51,182 nt of DNA from a virus (lineage: Duplodnaviria > Caudoviricetes). The position numbers were made by a program, and so were the translations under genes. Below the pieces are notes generated by a model. The model saw only the letters and a list, made by a program, of their open reading frames with translations. It made no database searches and was not told the DNA's origin. Positions 1 through 10,259 of the stretch are shown one piece after another (the stretch's first letter is position 1; each line of letters begins with the position of its first letter). The stretch is taken from positions 1-51,182 of the IMG/VR virus record IMGVR_UViG_3300020045_011216; one strand, 5' to 3'.

Positions 1-410
1 TACTTACTTTTTAAAATTTATATTTATAATACAGACGCTCCCTAGTGTTGCTGCAAGTTGAAGTGACTTTTCCTAAAGCTGTATATGTTTTTCTGAAAAA
101 TTTTAGGACAATTGGACAAACGGCCTTAAGTGCTTGATTTCACAGGGAAAAGGCTTGTCCAGTTTCTAAAAAGTTTTAGGACACCTGTCTACTTTCCGTC
201 CATTTTGTCCGAAAACCGAAAACGAGGATGGCTTCTTGTCCGGTTTTGAGTCCCAAAGCCATCCCAGGACAGATCGGCGGTATGGTTGCTGTAGGGCTCC
301 TTCCGCCTTACCCCAGGCTTCCTCTAGAAGGCCTCTGGAAGGCCATTAGAGCTGTTTTAAATGGGTGTGGCTACACTGGCCTTGGGTTAGGGTTTTAAAT
401 GGCTTAAAAC
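1..410 (+). repeat. Left terminal inverted repeat (410 bp)
   Basis: 1-410 is the reverse complement of 50773-51182; identity stops at 411/50772. Confidence 0.97.
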
Positions 411-429
411 TCGTTTAAACATCGCACGT

Positions 430-452
430 AAAAAAGCCCGCACAAGGCGGGC
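430..452 (-). terminator. Intrinsic terminator ending the minus-strand baseplate operon
   Basis: GCCCGC-acaag-GCGGGC stem with A6 on its left (T-tract on the minus strand), just after the stop of 473..979. Confidence 0.8.
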
Positions 453-472
453 CGTTTTTAAGCTTTGAAACC

Positions 473-979
473 TCAACCCAGACCAAACTCCGGGAACGGT
501 ACCGCGACAGCAGCCTCTTCACCGGCCATCGTCGTCAACGTTACATACATCAAGAAGCCCTCGTCGTGCTTGTCTACGCTAAGCAGCACAGCCTTATCCA
601 GGCAGCTTGAAGCGTCAGCGTTGTACGCATTCAATGACGCAACCGTTTGATTACTGGCATCTTCAATGGATTCACGAAGATTGGTAATGAAGATTGCATC
701 GTTGAGAGTGATGTTTGCGCCAGAGGTCAGCGAAGCAAAGAAGGTTCCTCGATCTGGATAGAAAGGGTCCGATCCTTTTCCCGTAAAGAGGATCTTCATG
801 AAGACTTGTGCTACTTTTTGGAGTCCGGTAATTTTCATAGGTACGTCGTATAGGCCGAAAGAGATTTTCCCTTCCGGGTAAGTCCCTTCAAATTTAATGA
901 GAAGAAGATCGTAGCTGCCACCGGGCTCAAGGTTGGTGGCAGTGCCTACGCGCATGTTGGAAGAAGTTGCCATTAGCAC
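473..979 (-). CDS. Baseplate wedge protein, gp25/GPW-like
   Basis: 'ITGLQKVAQVFMKILFTGKGSDPFYPDRGT' matches the gp25-like pattern (LxTxxGsxxxxPxxG); last gene of the tail operon. Confidence 0.65.
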   Translation of the reverse strand: MLMATSSNMRVGTATNLEPGGSYDLLLIKFEGTYPEGKISFGLYDVPMKITGLQKVAQVFMKILFTGKGSDPFYPDRGTFFASLTSGANITLNDAIFITNLRESIEDASNQTVASLNAYNADASSCLDKAVLLSVDKHDEGFLMYVTLTTMAGEEAAVAVPFPEFGLG

Positions 980-1353
980 TGACTCCCACTAGTCGGAGCA
1001 CCACTCATAACCCCTGGTAAGAACACAGCGTTCTGAGCCAAGAAGTCAGCCTCTCTTTGTGCCTCTGAAATAGCAGAGATATAAATAGAAGTCTTCCCTG
1101 TCTCAGTCATGGCTAATTCCCTTTCTACGGCTACGAAATGGTTGATACCCTCGATGCCTGCACCAATAGAGAAGTCTGCGGCTGAATTTGTGTTGAGTCG
1201 AAGATATGTCAAAATCTCCTCGAAGTTCAACCCGTCGTAAAGCAAGTAAGGATCCGGGAGTTCAACTCCGTCAGATACATACTGGGCCATGTCTTCGAAA
1301 TAGGCAGACAGGGCTGCAAACCCTTCTCTACACTGTTCGATTGCTGTGCTCAT
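973..1353 (-). CDS. Hypothetical protein (baseplate operon)
   Basis: 126-aa ORF overlapping both neighbours (translational coupling). Confidence 0.6.
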   Translation of the reverse strand: MSTAIEQCREGFAALSAYFEDMAQYVSDGVELPDPYLLYDGLNFEEILTYLRLNTNSAADFSIGAGIEGINHFVAVERELAMTETGKTSIYISAISEAQREADFLAQNAVFLPGVMSGAPTSGSQC

Positions 1354-2114
1354 TGAACCCCCAACTCTGTCTTTAGCTTCAACACCTTGTTCTTCAAGGA
1401 GTTCTTCAGGTAGTTCAGGCGGTTAATGTTTACACCAAGCTTTGCTGCAAGTTCAGTCGAGGATAGTTCCTTGTTTAGGTCCCAGATCATTCTCTCCTGA
1501 GGTGTCAGTTGTTCTAGTAAATGCTTGAACAAAATAGAGTTGTCCGAGTAGTGACTCAGCTCAGCTGGTTTTTCTGAGGCTCCTTCAAGTAGGTCAGCGT
1601 ACAGGCTTCCCTTGAACTTAACCACGTAAGCCTTGCTCCAGCCTAGGTGCTTGGCCATCTCTTCTTCAGTTGGGTCTCTATTAAGCTCGTCTGAGAGCTG
1701 GGCTAAAGATTTGTTGTATTCGTGGAACTGAAGCTGCATGTTTTCAGGCAGACGTACAGCGTTTTGATACTTGTAGTTAAGTCTGCGAACCTTTGGGAGA
1801 TAGTTCATGACATGCGTAGCCAAGGCGAAACCTCGTTCTGGCTCGAACGTCTGAATAGCCTTGACAGTCCACTTCTTAGCTTCAGCGTTGAGTGCTGCAG
1901 TCGGCAATGTACCTGAAGCTCTGGAGACTTCTTTGTAAATCAAAGGAGAAAGCTGGTTCACAAGCTTACCCATGTCCTCGCGGGACTTGGTTTTGTTCCA
2001 TTGATGGTACATGGCTAAGTCTTGGGCTCGGCGTTCTTCAGAGACTGAGTGGAAGACGGGGGTGTAGTCTTCTTCGTCTTCGGAGGCGGCGAGGGGAATA
2101 GGATTAGACTGCAT
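1350..2114 (-). CDS. Sigma-70 family RNA polymerase sigma factor-like protein
   Basis: Region 2-like 'VKAIQTFEPERGFALATHV', 'AVRLPEN', region 3 'LNRDPTEEEMAKHLGWS', region 4-like HTH 'LTPQERMIW...STELAAKLGVN'. Confidence 0.85.
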   Translation of the reverse strand: MQSNPIPLAASEDEEDYTPVFHSVSEERRAQDLAMYHQWNKTKSREDMGKLVNQLSPLIYKEVSRASGTLPTAALNAEAKKWTVKAIQTFEPERGFALATHVMNYLPKVRRLNYKYQNAVRLPENMQLQFHEYNKSLAQLSDELNRDPTEEEMAKHLGWSKAYVVKFKGSLYADLLEGASEKPAELSHYSDNSILFKHLLEQLTPQERMIWDLNKELSSTELAAKLGVNINRLNYLKNSLKNKVLKLKTELGVQ

Positions 2115-2319
2115 ATACAGAGTAGTTAGAGTAAACCGTGTTCACGTACCCGATCATGAAAGCCTGCAACTTGTTGCTAAATCGTTGATTAATAAAACAT
2201 TCTGGCGCGCTGCTGGTGTCACTCATGACTCCTTGTCGGAGCATGTTTGAAGGAATTGATTGGATTCTAGGAGTGCCTGCGTAAGACGACTCTAAGCTGT
2301 CAAGGGATGGGTTTGCCAT
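2104..2319 (-). CDS. Small hypothetical protein
   Basis: 71-aa ORF tightly packed in the operon. Confidence 0.5.
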   Translation of the reverse strand: MANPSLDSLESSYAGTPRIQSIPSNMLRQGVMSDTSSAPECFINQRFSNKLQAFMIGYVNTVYSNYSVYAV

Positions 2320-2322
2320 GGT

Positions 2323-4851
2323 TTAGTTTAGAACCTTACTTGCCTTGATGAAGTCTTCTGTTTCCATATAATCCAAGAACAAACTAGCCCCGGGCTCAAG
2401 ATAAAACCCGGCTGCAAGAATTGGATTGACGTAGTTCATGAACGTGTTGTTGTACTGAGTTGGACCCATGTCGATGAAGTTGTACTCGAACTTGGATGAG
2501 ATACTATCCTTGCTCTCGATCGGTCTGGACACAAGCCGTAGAGAGCCTACAGTCGAATAATAGTCAATCGTGTGTCTACCCCTCACCTCGCTATGAGCGT
2601 GGCCTGTAAGGTCTGGAATAGTGCTCCCTGCGGGGTTTGTAGTAGGGATGAAAACCCCGGCATTTCGAGTAACAGGATAAGCTCTTCCTGACGAGAAGTG
2701 AATAAGTTCGTCGGGTGCAGCTGCTCCTACACCTAGGACTTGTTTATAAAAAGTATCCGCTGAAGCTTTGGCTGCAGGGTTCTGAAGTAATGTTGAAGAT
2801 ACATTTGAGAAAGGCGTTGTGCTGTAATCAGCGACGAGATTATAAACCTCTTCGTCAATCTCAGAATTAACCAAGTTCAGTGCAGTTTGCAAAAACGGCG
2901 GCGAGGGTGGCGTATAGTAGTTAGATAGCTCAGCGTATGTCATTGCAGCAGCCATACCAATCGTAGTCCCAATACTGCGTGACGTGATCGTATGGTTGAC
3001 GGAAATACACATGCCGTGGAAGCTGGGATGGTTTGGACTGTCGTCAATCACATCCATTGGATAGCCAGGTATGATATAAGGATTGAAAGCTGCCTCAATG
3101 GTCCCTGCTCTGGACCCTGCAATTCTCTTGGAGAACTCGTAGTCTACTGTAGAAAACAGTAGTCTTTCGTGAGGGAGAATGTCACCATTTCTAGGATCAT
3201 AGGGGTTTAACTTGGCCTTGTTCAAATTAGGCTTGGTCGTCATGACGCTATCGGCTTGATTAATATCCGTGCCGTTACGCTGTTGCCACTCGATATTCAA
3301 TGCCATCATATCGTTATAGGCGTCAGTTCCTCTTAGCGGATAGTTCTCTGACTTATCACCGGACGCAGAAGAATTACTGGTTAATGTAGCAAGCCACCAA
3401 GGAAACCCAGTTGCCTCAGGGCGAATACCTTTGCCTTGCTCGTACTTACCAGGAATAGCATAGGAATAACTCTTGACAGAGGCCAGGCTCAGGTTGTCAG
3501 GTGTCTCATTTTTAGCTAAAAGAGCGTTATACGCAACAGCTTCCCTGATTGTGTGCGGACCACGATAGTTGACGCTGTAAGCTTGGGATCCGCCTTGCCC
3601 GTGAAGACCGTCGTGAGAAGCTGTTACCCGAGAAGGCACGCCGGCTTCTTCTTGGTCGATTTGAATCGATTCGTACATTCTCGGCAAAAGCACATTGCAG
3701 ATGGGTGCGTAGTAGAACGGTAGCTGAGGCTTGATAACCGTTTCAATCGTAGACTTGACTACGCCACTTTTGCTAAAGTCATCTGTAAAAACGTCAGGAT
3801 CTACGTTGATTTCCGCAGGGCTTGCAAGTGTAAGAATTTCGTAATTGATACTACCGTAGAACGCTTCCAGCATCTGGGGGAAAGACGTAAGCTCTCCTGA
3901 GAACCCAATCTGGTTAGCAATAGTCTCTACTCCAAGCTGTCGTTGAATAGCGGAAGTTATAGACAAGCTAAAAATAGGTGGCGTCATTACAGAAACGTCT
4001 TTCAAGTCCTGTTCTTTACAGTAAGGACCTTTGGCGTCTTGTACTTTGTTCTCTAAGAGAGGATGTCCACTCATGCGAGAGAACATTCCCAGTGAATCTT
4101 CGATCAGTGGAATGTACATCGTAGCCAGTGCTACGTTGTGTGTTTTGTCTGCGTACACGTCTTTGCGCAATTGATTCCAAAGGTTGACAGATGCAGAGGG
4201 GAGTCCCGTCAGTCTTTTGGAGAATATTGAGAGAGATGGGTCGATCTTGTTTGTAGGCGCAGCTAAGAGCTTCTCCGAAGTAGACGAGGACGAAATGATC
4301 TCTTCACCTGTTGCCACTCCAGTAATACCGTTCAAGGCGTGAACAATCATGAACTTGGAGTTCAATGCCTTAGGCTTGTAGACTGAGTTTGACAAGTTCG
4401 GGTCTACAAAGCTAGGATTCACAGGAGAAGCCCACCCTGTGAAATCCAGGGTCAACTGATCTGCGAGCATATTCTTGTGCTCACAATGGAAGTTAATAGA
4501 GGATGATCCCTGTCCTCTACGTGAGCGGTGGTATCGAGTAGAAGTGACAACGCCCCAGAAGAGAAGCCTATCTCCTCCATAGTTATCATCTTTGTAAAAA
4601 ATATGAACCTTCGGAGAGTATCCACGGAGAATATCCATAAGCCCACTTGAAGGTGGGATTTGAATATCTGCACTTGGCCTGCGGCCATATGCCTGAGCGA
4701 TAGAAATAGCCTCGAAAGGTACCTGGACCCCTTCGATGTATAGCTTTACGTCTGGCGCAATGACATCCGTGTTGTTCTTTGCCGCAGGGACTTTTGGGGC
4801 CGTTGTGCCAGAATATGTCGTCTTAGGTGCAAATTTACGGAATTGAGCCAT
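2323..4851 (-). CDS. Baseplate hub / tail protein (gp27/gpD-like)
   Basis: 842 aa; 'KLYIEGVQVPF...ADIQIPP' N-terminus and 'FNPYIIPGYP...CISVNHTIT' hub-like C-terminal motif; downstream of tape measure. Confidence 0.55.
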   Translation of the reverse strand: MAQFRKFAPKTTYSGTTAPKVPAAKNNTDVIAPDVKLYIEGVQVPFEAISIAQAYGRRPSADIQIPPSSGLMDILRGYSPKVHIFYKDDNYGGDRLLFWGVVTSTRYHRSRRGQGSSSINFHCEHKNMLADQLTLDFTGWASPVNPSFVDPNLSNSVYKPKALNSKFMIVHALNGITGVATGEEIISSSSTSEKLLAAPTNKIDPSLSIFSKRLTGLPSASVNLWNQLRKDVYADKTHNVALATMYIPLIEDSLGMFSRMSGHPLLENKVQDAKGPYCKEQDLKDVSVMTPPIFSLSITSAIQRQLGVETIANQIGFSGELTSFPQMLEAFYGSINYEILTLASPAEINVDPDVFTDDFSKSGVVKSTIETVIKPQLPFYYAPICNVLLPRMYESIQIDQEEAGVPSRVTASHDGLHGQGGSQAYSVNYRGPHTIREAVAYNALLAKNETPDNLSLASVKSYSYAIPGKYEQGKGIRPEATGFPWWLATLTSNSSASGDKSENYPLRGTDAYNDMMALNIEWQQRNGTDINQADSVMTTKPNLNKAKLNPYDPRNGDILPHERLLFSTVDYEFSKRIAGSRAGTIEAAFNPYIIPGYPMDVIDDSPNHPSFHGMCISVNHTITSRSIGTTIGMAAAMTYAELSNYYTPPSPPFLQTALNLVNSEIDEEVYNLVADYSTTPFSNVSSTLLQNPAAKASADTFYKQVLGVGAAAPDELIHFSSGRAYPVTRNAGVFIPTTNPAGSTIPDLTGHAHSEVRGRHTIDYYSTVGSLRLVSRPIESKDSISSKFEYNFIDMGPTQYNNTFMNYVNPILAAGFYLEPGASLFLDYMETEDFIKASKVLN

Positions 4852-4865
4852 GAGAAAAATATTAT

Positions 4866-5726
4866 TTAGTTAACTGCGTTTGAGAAAATAGAGTCTACTG
4901 CAATAGCAAGTAAAGCCTTTTCCAGGATCGAGGTTGTGTTTGGAAAGTATAGCTTCATGTCTTCCGGAACCATTTCCATACCTGAAATTTTATCAATTAT
5001 AACATCGATTTCAGAAACAGGGATTACAGCAGATAATAAACTTGGCTTCAACGTAAGTGGGCGAATAGGTAAAGGTTTCAGACCTAAAAGAGAGCCTCCG
5101 TAAGTCTTTGCTAGCCAGTAAAAGAATGGTGCGCGTGATAGAACGTTATACTTGACTACGATATTCGAGTCTAGTGTAACAGGTGTTGCCAGAGTAAGAA
5201 TATCCCCAAATACAGAATAATCAGATGCAGGGAGAACCACTCCATCTAGTACAACAGTGATCGTATCGTATATATCAGAAGTGAACGACATTTGTGCAGA
5301 AGAGAATCCTGCCCGAATAGATAGCACTTCTGATTGCATTTGAAACTGAGGTGGGATCTGTACGTAATCTCCAATGTTAGGATATGTTCTATTTGGAAGA
5401 GATGCATTAAAACATTCCTGGCATACGCCGTCTTTTGAGATGCAGGAGCTTAGGCTTCTTATTTGAACCTCGTATATACCCTGAGAAAGTTGAGATTCAA
5501 TGAATGCTCTATTGATAACATCACCTGTTACAACAGACTTGCTACCTTCTATTTCAAAGTTCAAAGCATGCACTTCACCCAGCATTGTCCCGCAGTCGTA
5601 TTCAACTACCCTAACGAAGGGGGAGAATACCGCATTAGCTACATTGACTAGCGTTTGGTTAGAAGATGGGATCGCATCAAATACGTTTTCGAAAATAAGC
5701 GTACCCGAATAAGTTCTACTGGACAT
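4866..5726 (-). CDS. Protein with an RNA polymerase beta' second zinc-binding module fused to a beta-rich domain
   Basis: 'RVVEYDCGT...IRSLSSCISKDGVCQECF...NIGDYV' parallels RpoC 'EDDCGT...VRSVVSC...GVCAHCY...NKGEAIG'; no NADFDGD motif. Confidence 0.65.
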   Translation of the reverse strand: MSSRTYSGTLIFENVFDAIPSSNQTLVNVANAVFSPFVRVVEYDCGTMLGEVHALNFEIEGSKSVVTGDVINRAFIESQLSQGIYEVQIRSLSSCISKDGVCQECFNASLPNRTYPNIGDYVQIPPQFQMQSEVLSIRAGFSSAQMSFTSDIYDTITVVLDGVVLPASDYSVFGDILTLATPVTLDSNIVVKYNVLSRAPFFYWLAKTYGGSLLGLKPLPIRPLTLKPSLLSAVIPVSEIDVIIDKISGMEMVPEDMKLYFPNTTSILEKALLAIAVDSIFSNAVN

Positions 5727-5727
5727 A

Positions 5728-7362
5728 TTAGAGAGTATTAGAAGTTACAGGATCATACGGAGGTATCGTTCTTAGAATTGCAGCCTTGTTGACAGGAACT
5801 GCCCTTCTAACAGAAAGAGACGCCCCTGATCCAGAAGATGGCAGACTTGCAGTCAAAACGGGCCGAGAGAAAGACGATTTTATACTATTAGATAGAAAAG
5901 GGCTAGAGGATGGGATTGCGCCATTGCGAAACATGTGGGAAATACTCTGAGAAATGGTAGTAGGAGCTGTAGCGACAACACCTGCAGCCTTCTTCAGATT
6001 CTTTATAGCGTCCTTATAATCCTTCTTTACCCCCTTAAGCTGACCTTTTACATATCTACCAAAACCTCGAATCGAGGAGTTAATCTGATTTACTAGGGCG
6101 ATGGCCTTCTTACTGATGTTAGTAATGTCTCGAAGAATGTTTCTAACAGGTTGAATGATAGCATCAAACACGCCCTTTACTTGCTTGAACGTATTGCTGA
6201 CAAGTTTGGAAAGACTTGTCATAACCCCGTAAATCGGTGCAAACAAGTTTGTGCGAATCCCCATCAAAGAACTTGTTACGGTCTGGAACATTGCGGACTT
6301 CTTGACTGAACTAAAGTAGCTAGTCTCAGATTTTGTCCAGCCTTCTACGCGTTTCTGGAACCCATTAATTGCATCCTTTGTAGATGAGTTTGATACTCCC
6401 AGGGCCCCGCCAACGCCAGCCCCTACCCCTTGCAGCGCAGTACCTTTATCCTGAAGAGATGCTTTTGGGTCTTGAATTGTCGTTGTAAAAGTCGTCATTT
6501 GAGCCTTTAAAGAGTTGATGCTGCTTTGACTTACGAACAGATTAGCTTGACTGAAATCAACTGCATTCAACGCATTACTGGTAATCATATGGCCTACGAC
6601 AGGTTCAGTAGGAACAACACTCTTAGCTAAGAATTGGAATGAGAACGGGATATCTACATCTCTTTCTGAACGCTGATCCCACGCAAAACCCATAATAGAG
6701 CCTGTGATTGTCATATTTGGAAGAACCAGCGTCAGCAACTCGTAGTTCTTAGCAAGTTGAGTTCCTCGTAGAACATCGGAGAACATTCTCAGCCAAGTTA
6801 CGAACCAGTTGTTATCAGGGCTGTCGATGAGGATACCTGAAAGATTGAAAACCATCGGCTGTCGACCGAAATAATAAGCAACCTCACCATCTCCGAAAAC
6901 TTCAGTGATTTGAACTTTCTCGCTCATATTGGCACTAACGCCAGTTAGCAAAAATTTATCATATCCAGATGCATTTTGTCCAGAGGGATCTGACATGTTA
7001 GCTAATTCACTACCAGAGCCTGCAAGCTTTGAATACGTCAGCTCCCTTGCAGTTTTACCAGACATGTACTCCTTTGCTTGCTCTTGACTTGTAACAAGCT
7101 TGATATAGGCATAATTACCTCTAAATCCTGAATTATCACCGATAGAATCAGAGGTCCCGTTAGTAACAGCAGCCCGTGACCGAGTAGTAAATAGTCGTTC
7201 TGTTTGAATAATGGTACCATCTTCTCTTAGGACATTGGTTGTCGCACCTGAAGTTGCCCCTGTCGTACCGACGGATCTAGCTGCATCCGATACCTTTGCG
7301 GAGATTTCAAAATTACGAGTCGCAACGGACTCAACTGGGCCTACGAATGGATTTTCCGACAT
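5728..7362 (-). CDS. Probable tail/baseplate structural protein
   Basis: 544 aa; downstream of tape measure; beta-rich core followed by a helical region. Confidence 0.5.
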   Translation of the reverse strand: MSENPFVGPVESVATRNFEISAKVSDAARSVGTTGATSGATTNVLREDGTIIQTERLFTTRSRAAVTNGTSDSIGDNSGFRGNYAYIKLVTSQEQAKEYMSGKTARELTYSKLAGSGSELANMSDPSGQNASGYDKFLLTGVSANMSEKVQITEVFGDGEVAYYFGRQPMVFNLSGILIDSPDNNWFVTWLRMFSDVLRGTQLAKNYELLTLVLPNMTITGSIMGFAWDQRSERDVDIPFSFQFLAKSVVPTEPVVGHMITSNALNAVDFSQANLFVSQSSINSLKAQMTTFTTTIQDPKASLQDKGTALQGVGAGVGGALGVSNSSTKDAINGFQKRVEGWTKSETSYFSSVKKSAMFQTVTSSLMGIRTNLFAPIYGVMTSLSKLVSNTFKQVKGVFDAIIQPVRNILRDITNISKKAIALVNQINSSIRGFGRYVKGQLKGVKKDYKDAIKNLKKAAGVVATAPTTISQSISHMFRNGAIPSSSPFLSNSIKSSFSRPVLTASLPSSGSGASLSVRRAVPVNKAAILRTIPPYDPVTSNTL

Positions 7363-7364
7363 GA

Positions 7365-7592
7365 TTAACCGTTCACCTTAAAGTCTACTAATTTAATGAC
7401 TGAGTTTGAAACAAGAGACTCTTGTTGACCTTTGGTTCCCCCGAACTGAAGCGGGGTGTATTCATACCCCGCTGCTTGCATACGAACGCCGTCTGTGACA
7501 GAACGAACTCGTTCGATATACAGGTTGAAAGCTGTAAGAGGTACTACGCGTACAATGACTTGATCTTTTTGAATTGTTTTAATGATGGCCAT
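7365..7592 (-). CDS. Small hypothetical protein
   Basis: 75-aa ORF with AAGGA RBS, in operon. Confidence 0.6.
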   Translation of the reverse strand: MAIIKTIQKDQVIVRVVPLTAFNLYIERVRSVTDGVRMQAAGYEYTPLQFGGTKGQQESLVSNSVIKLVDFKVNG

Positions 7593-7604
7593 GAGAATCC
7601 TTGT

Positions 7605-10244
7605 TTAGCCTAGAAAGTTCTTCCAGGCATTTAGCCCAGACTTAGTCTTATCATATGTACTAGATCCTTCCGAGCCTGCTGCAGCCTTTGATATTGCCTT
7701 CGCAGCATCGTTAAGATTTCCTGCAGCCTCATTAAGCTTAACCGAACTTCCATCAAGCATCTTTGTAGCTGATGTGAACTTAGAGTAATCCACTCTGCTA
7801 TTGGCAGAATCATAGACTTGCTTCTGCGCCTTAGCACCGTCCTTGATAATAGCACCAGCAGCCGCAGCCTGTTCATCTGACATGTCTGAAGTAAGATTTA
7901 CAGATTCTCCTACAAGAGTTCCACCGTTCATCTTTGCAAAATGAGTAGCAATGATCTTCGAAATTTTAGCCCGATCACCCTTTGCTTCTTGGATTTGCTT
8001 GACAACTTTCGGATCGGATATGTGCTTTCCAGGATTCGCCATGACCTGATCGACGTTAGCATCCGACCCTGAGATTAGAGAAGCCACCCCAAGCATACCG
8101 GAAGACTTTCCGTAATTACTAAGTTCCCGGATTCTCGTAACCATTTGGTCAACAGGGATATCACCCATTGCCTTTTTAAGGTCTCTATACTTAGGCTCTT
8201 CTAATTTCTTCCGAATGTCCGCAATCATGGACTTTTCAGGGTTTGCGGTATAGAACGACATAAGTTCATCTGCATCTCCCATGACATCCAGGTTATCTAC
8301 AAGCTCACCTCTGAGACCAGAGCCCTTTTGGACCTCCCCTTCAAGATTTTTATAAAGATTACCGCTTGTTGTCCCTAAAACATCCCGATACTTCTGCCTA
8401 CGTTCACTGCTCACAGCACTTCCTGTCGTCAGGAAGTCTGCAATATTCTCCATCCTATCGCCCGTCCACCCTACAGCGTCTACTACAGGGCTTGCCATCG
8501 CACTCCCAACTGACTTGAAGGCTTTACCTACGTTAGTAACCTCTCTACTTACCGTAGAAATTGCGCCTGTGCCTAGATTATTTTGAGAAATAAAAGATCT
8601 AGTCTGTTCTGATGTTTGTGCTGCAATCGCCTTAGATTTAAGTGCAGCCGTAGCTGGGTCGTTTTCCCCACTACGAGAAGCTACGTAAGCTACCGCCTCT
8701 GTCTCAGACATCATCCCATTACCGACCATGACTGCAACCATATCAGCAGGGTCTACTTTTTCACCCGGCTTGATAAGACCTGCAGCCTCCATCATTTCTA
8801 AAGCTTGGCGCTCAGGATCAAGATTCCCATCTTCACGGGAAGCTCTACTGGCCATAGCCTTGCCGTAGAGCATCATTTCACCTTGCGCACGAACAGGATT
8901 TTTGGCCGCGTTGTTCCCGAAACGAGTTAGATTGTCTACGACACCGCCTCCAGCACCACCTCCAAGGTACTTATTGGCCATGCGCATCTTGTTATACGGT
9001 GTCTGCAGACTGCTAAGTTGTGCTGACAGTACTGACTGCGTTGCACCTTCTGCTCCACCCATTCTAGCCAACTGAGCGTCACCGATAACGCCTGTACGAT
9101 GCGCAGCTGAAAACCCTGCGTAGGCATTGCCTGCAGCCATTTGGCCAAGGTACGGCGTCATTCCATTCATCTGGAACATATACTGACCTTGAGTTCCCAC
9201 AGTCGCCATCAGCTTTTGAACTGAAGTCCCTGCCATGCTTGCATAGTTACCAAGCTGACGGTAGGACGAAGCAGCAGAAGAGGTGACGCCCCCATTGATG
9301 CTTGCGCCACCCATTTTTAACTTGGACAGTTCTTCGATTGCGCCTTGAATACTCGGGTCTTTGGAGATGGCTACGATTAGCTTGATCTGTTCAGAAATAC
9401 CCTTGAACTTATCCACGAGCTGTTTAGATGACCCAGTACTATCTAAAAGTCCCGCCTTAGAGGACATGTCAGCAATGGCTCCGTATTGCGCAGACGACCA
9501 TGTCATGTCCTGAATGCCTGCACGGTCAATCTGATGCGACATACTAGCTGACTCGCTTCTACCTAAGCCTCTGCCAGTGATTTGATGCCCGGTCGCATCT
9601 GAGAACGTGAAGTTCTTAAAGTTGTTTTGAAGATCGTTCCCGATCTGCCTTTGTCTTGAGTATCCTTGGAAGATAGTCTCTGCGCCAGCCATTGCTACTG
9701 CGCCAATACCCATCGTAGCGATACCACCGAATATCATCGACCCTGCGCCACCAGCAATGCCCGCAGCTCCTGACCCCATGCCAAGGCCTCTTGCCATGCC
9801 AATACCGAAAGATTTGCCAGCAGCGCCTCCTAAACCTCCTCCAGTCCAAAGTCCGGATACTTTTGAGCCCATTGCAATCTTTGCAGCAAGGCCGTACGCA
9901 ATCGCAGGAGCGACAAAGCGCTGCCCGACTTCCATGGCAGAGTCAAATGGCTTCTGAGAAAGAGAGTCTACTGCCCCACGAGTATGGTCAGTTGGCGTAC
10001 CCCAATATGGATCCCTTGCGAATGGATTCATGAGCTGACTCGCAGCCCCCATCATCGTAGGGTTCGAATACGCAGAGTAAGGACTTGGCCCCTGGAATCT
10101 GGGCCGATATGGAGCGTCGTAACTTGGAGTTAGAAGGCTAGGGTCTACGCCCCAGCCAGGTTGCATATGAGAAACGCTGGTCGGATTGTAGAACCCATTC
10201 TGGGCCTGATTTGCGGTGGTAGCGAATACGCCAAAGGGATTCAT
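7605..10244 (-). CDS. Tape measure protein
   Basis: 879 aa, Ala/Gly/Met-rich and helical with a hydrophobic Gly-rich stretch; directly follows the frameshifted chaperone pair. Confidence 0.75.
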   Translation of the reverse strand: MNPFGVFATTANQAQNGFYNPTSVSHMQPGWGVDPSLLTPSYDAPYRPRFQGPSPYSAYSNPTMMGAASQLMNPFARDPYWGTPTDHTRGAVDSLSQKPFDSAMEVGQRFVAPAIAYGLAAKIAMGSKVSGLWTGGGLGGAAGKSFGIGMARGLGMGSGAAGIAGGAGSMIFGGIATMGIGAVAMAGAETIFQGYSRQRQIGNDLQNNFKNFTFSDATGHQITGRGLGRSESASMSHQIDRAGIQDMTWSSAQYGAIADMSSKAGLLDSTGSSKQLVDKFKGISEQIKLIVAISKDPSIQGAIEELSKLKMGGASINGGVTSSAASSYRQLGNYASMAGTSVQKLMATVGTQGQYMFQMNGMTPYLGQMAAGNAYAGFSAAHRTGVIGDAQLARMGGAEGATQSVLSAQLSSLQTPYNKMRMANKYLGGGAGGGVVDNLTRFGNNAAKNPVRAQGEMMLYGKAMASRASREDGNLDPERQALEMMEAAGLIKPGEKVDPADMVAVMVGNGMMSETEAVAYVASRSGENDPATAALKSKAIAAQTSEQTRSFISQNNLGTGAISTVSREVTNVGKAFKSVGSAMASPVVDAVGWTGDRMENIADFLTTGSAVSSERRQKYRDVLGTTSGNLYKNLEGEVQKGSGLRGELVDNLDVMGDADELMSFYTANPEKSMIADIRKKLEEPKYRDLKKAMGDIPVDQMVTRIRELSNYGKSSGMLGVASLISGSDANVDQVMANPGKHISDPKVVKQIQEAKGDRAKISKIIATHFAKMNGGTLVGESVNLTSDMSDEQAAAAGAIIKDGAKAQKQVYDSANSRVDYSKFTSATKMLDGSSVKLNEAAGNLNDAAKAISKAAAGSEGSSTYDKTKSGLNAWKNFLG

Positions 10245-10259
10245 AAAAGAGAGTTTAGG

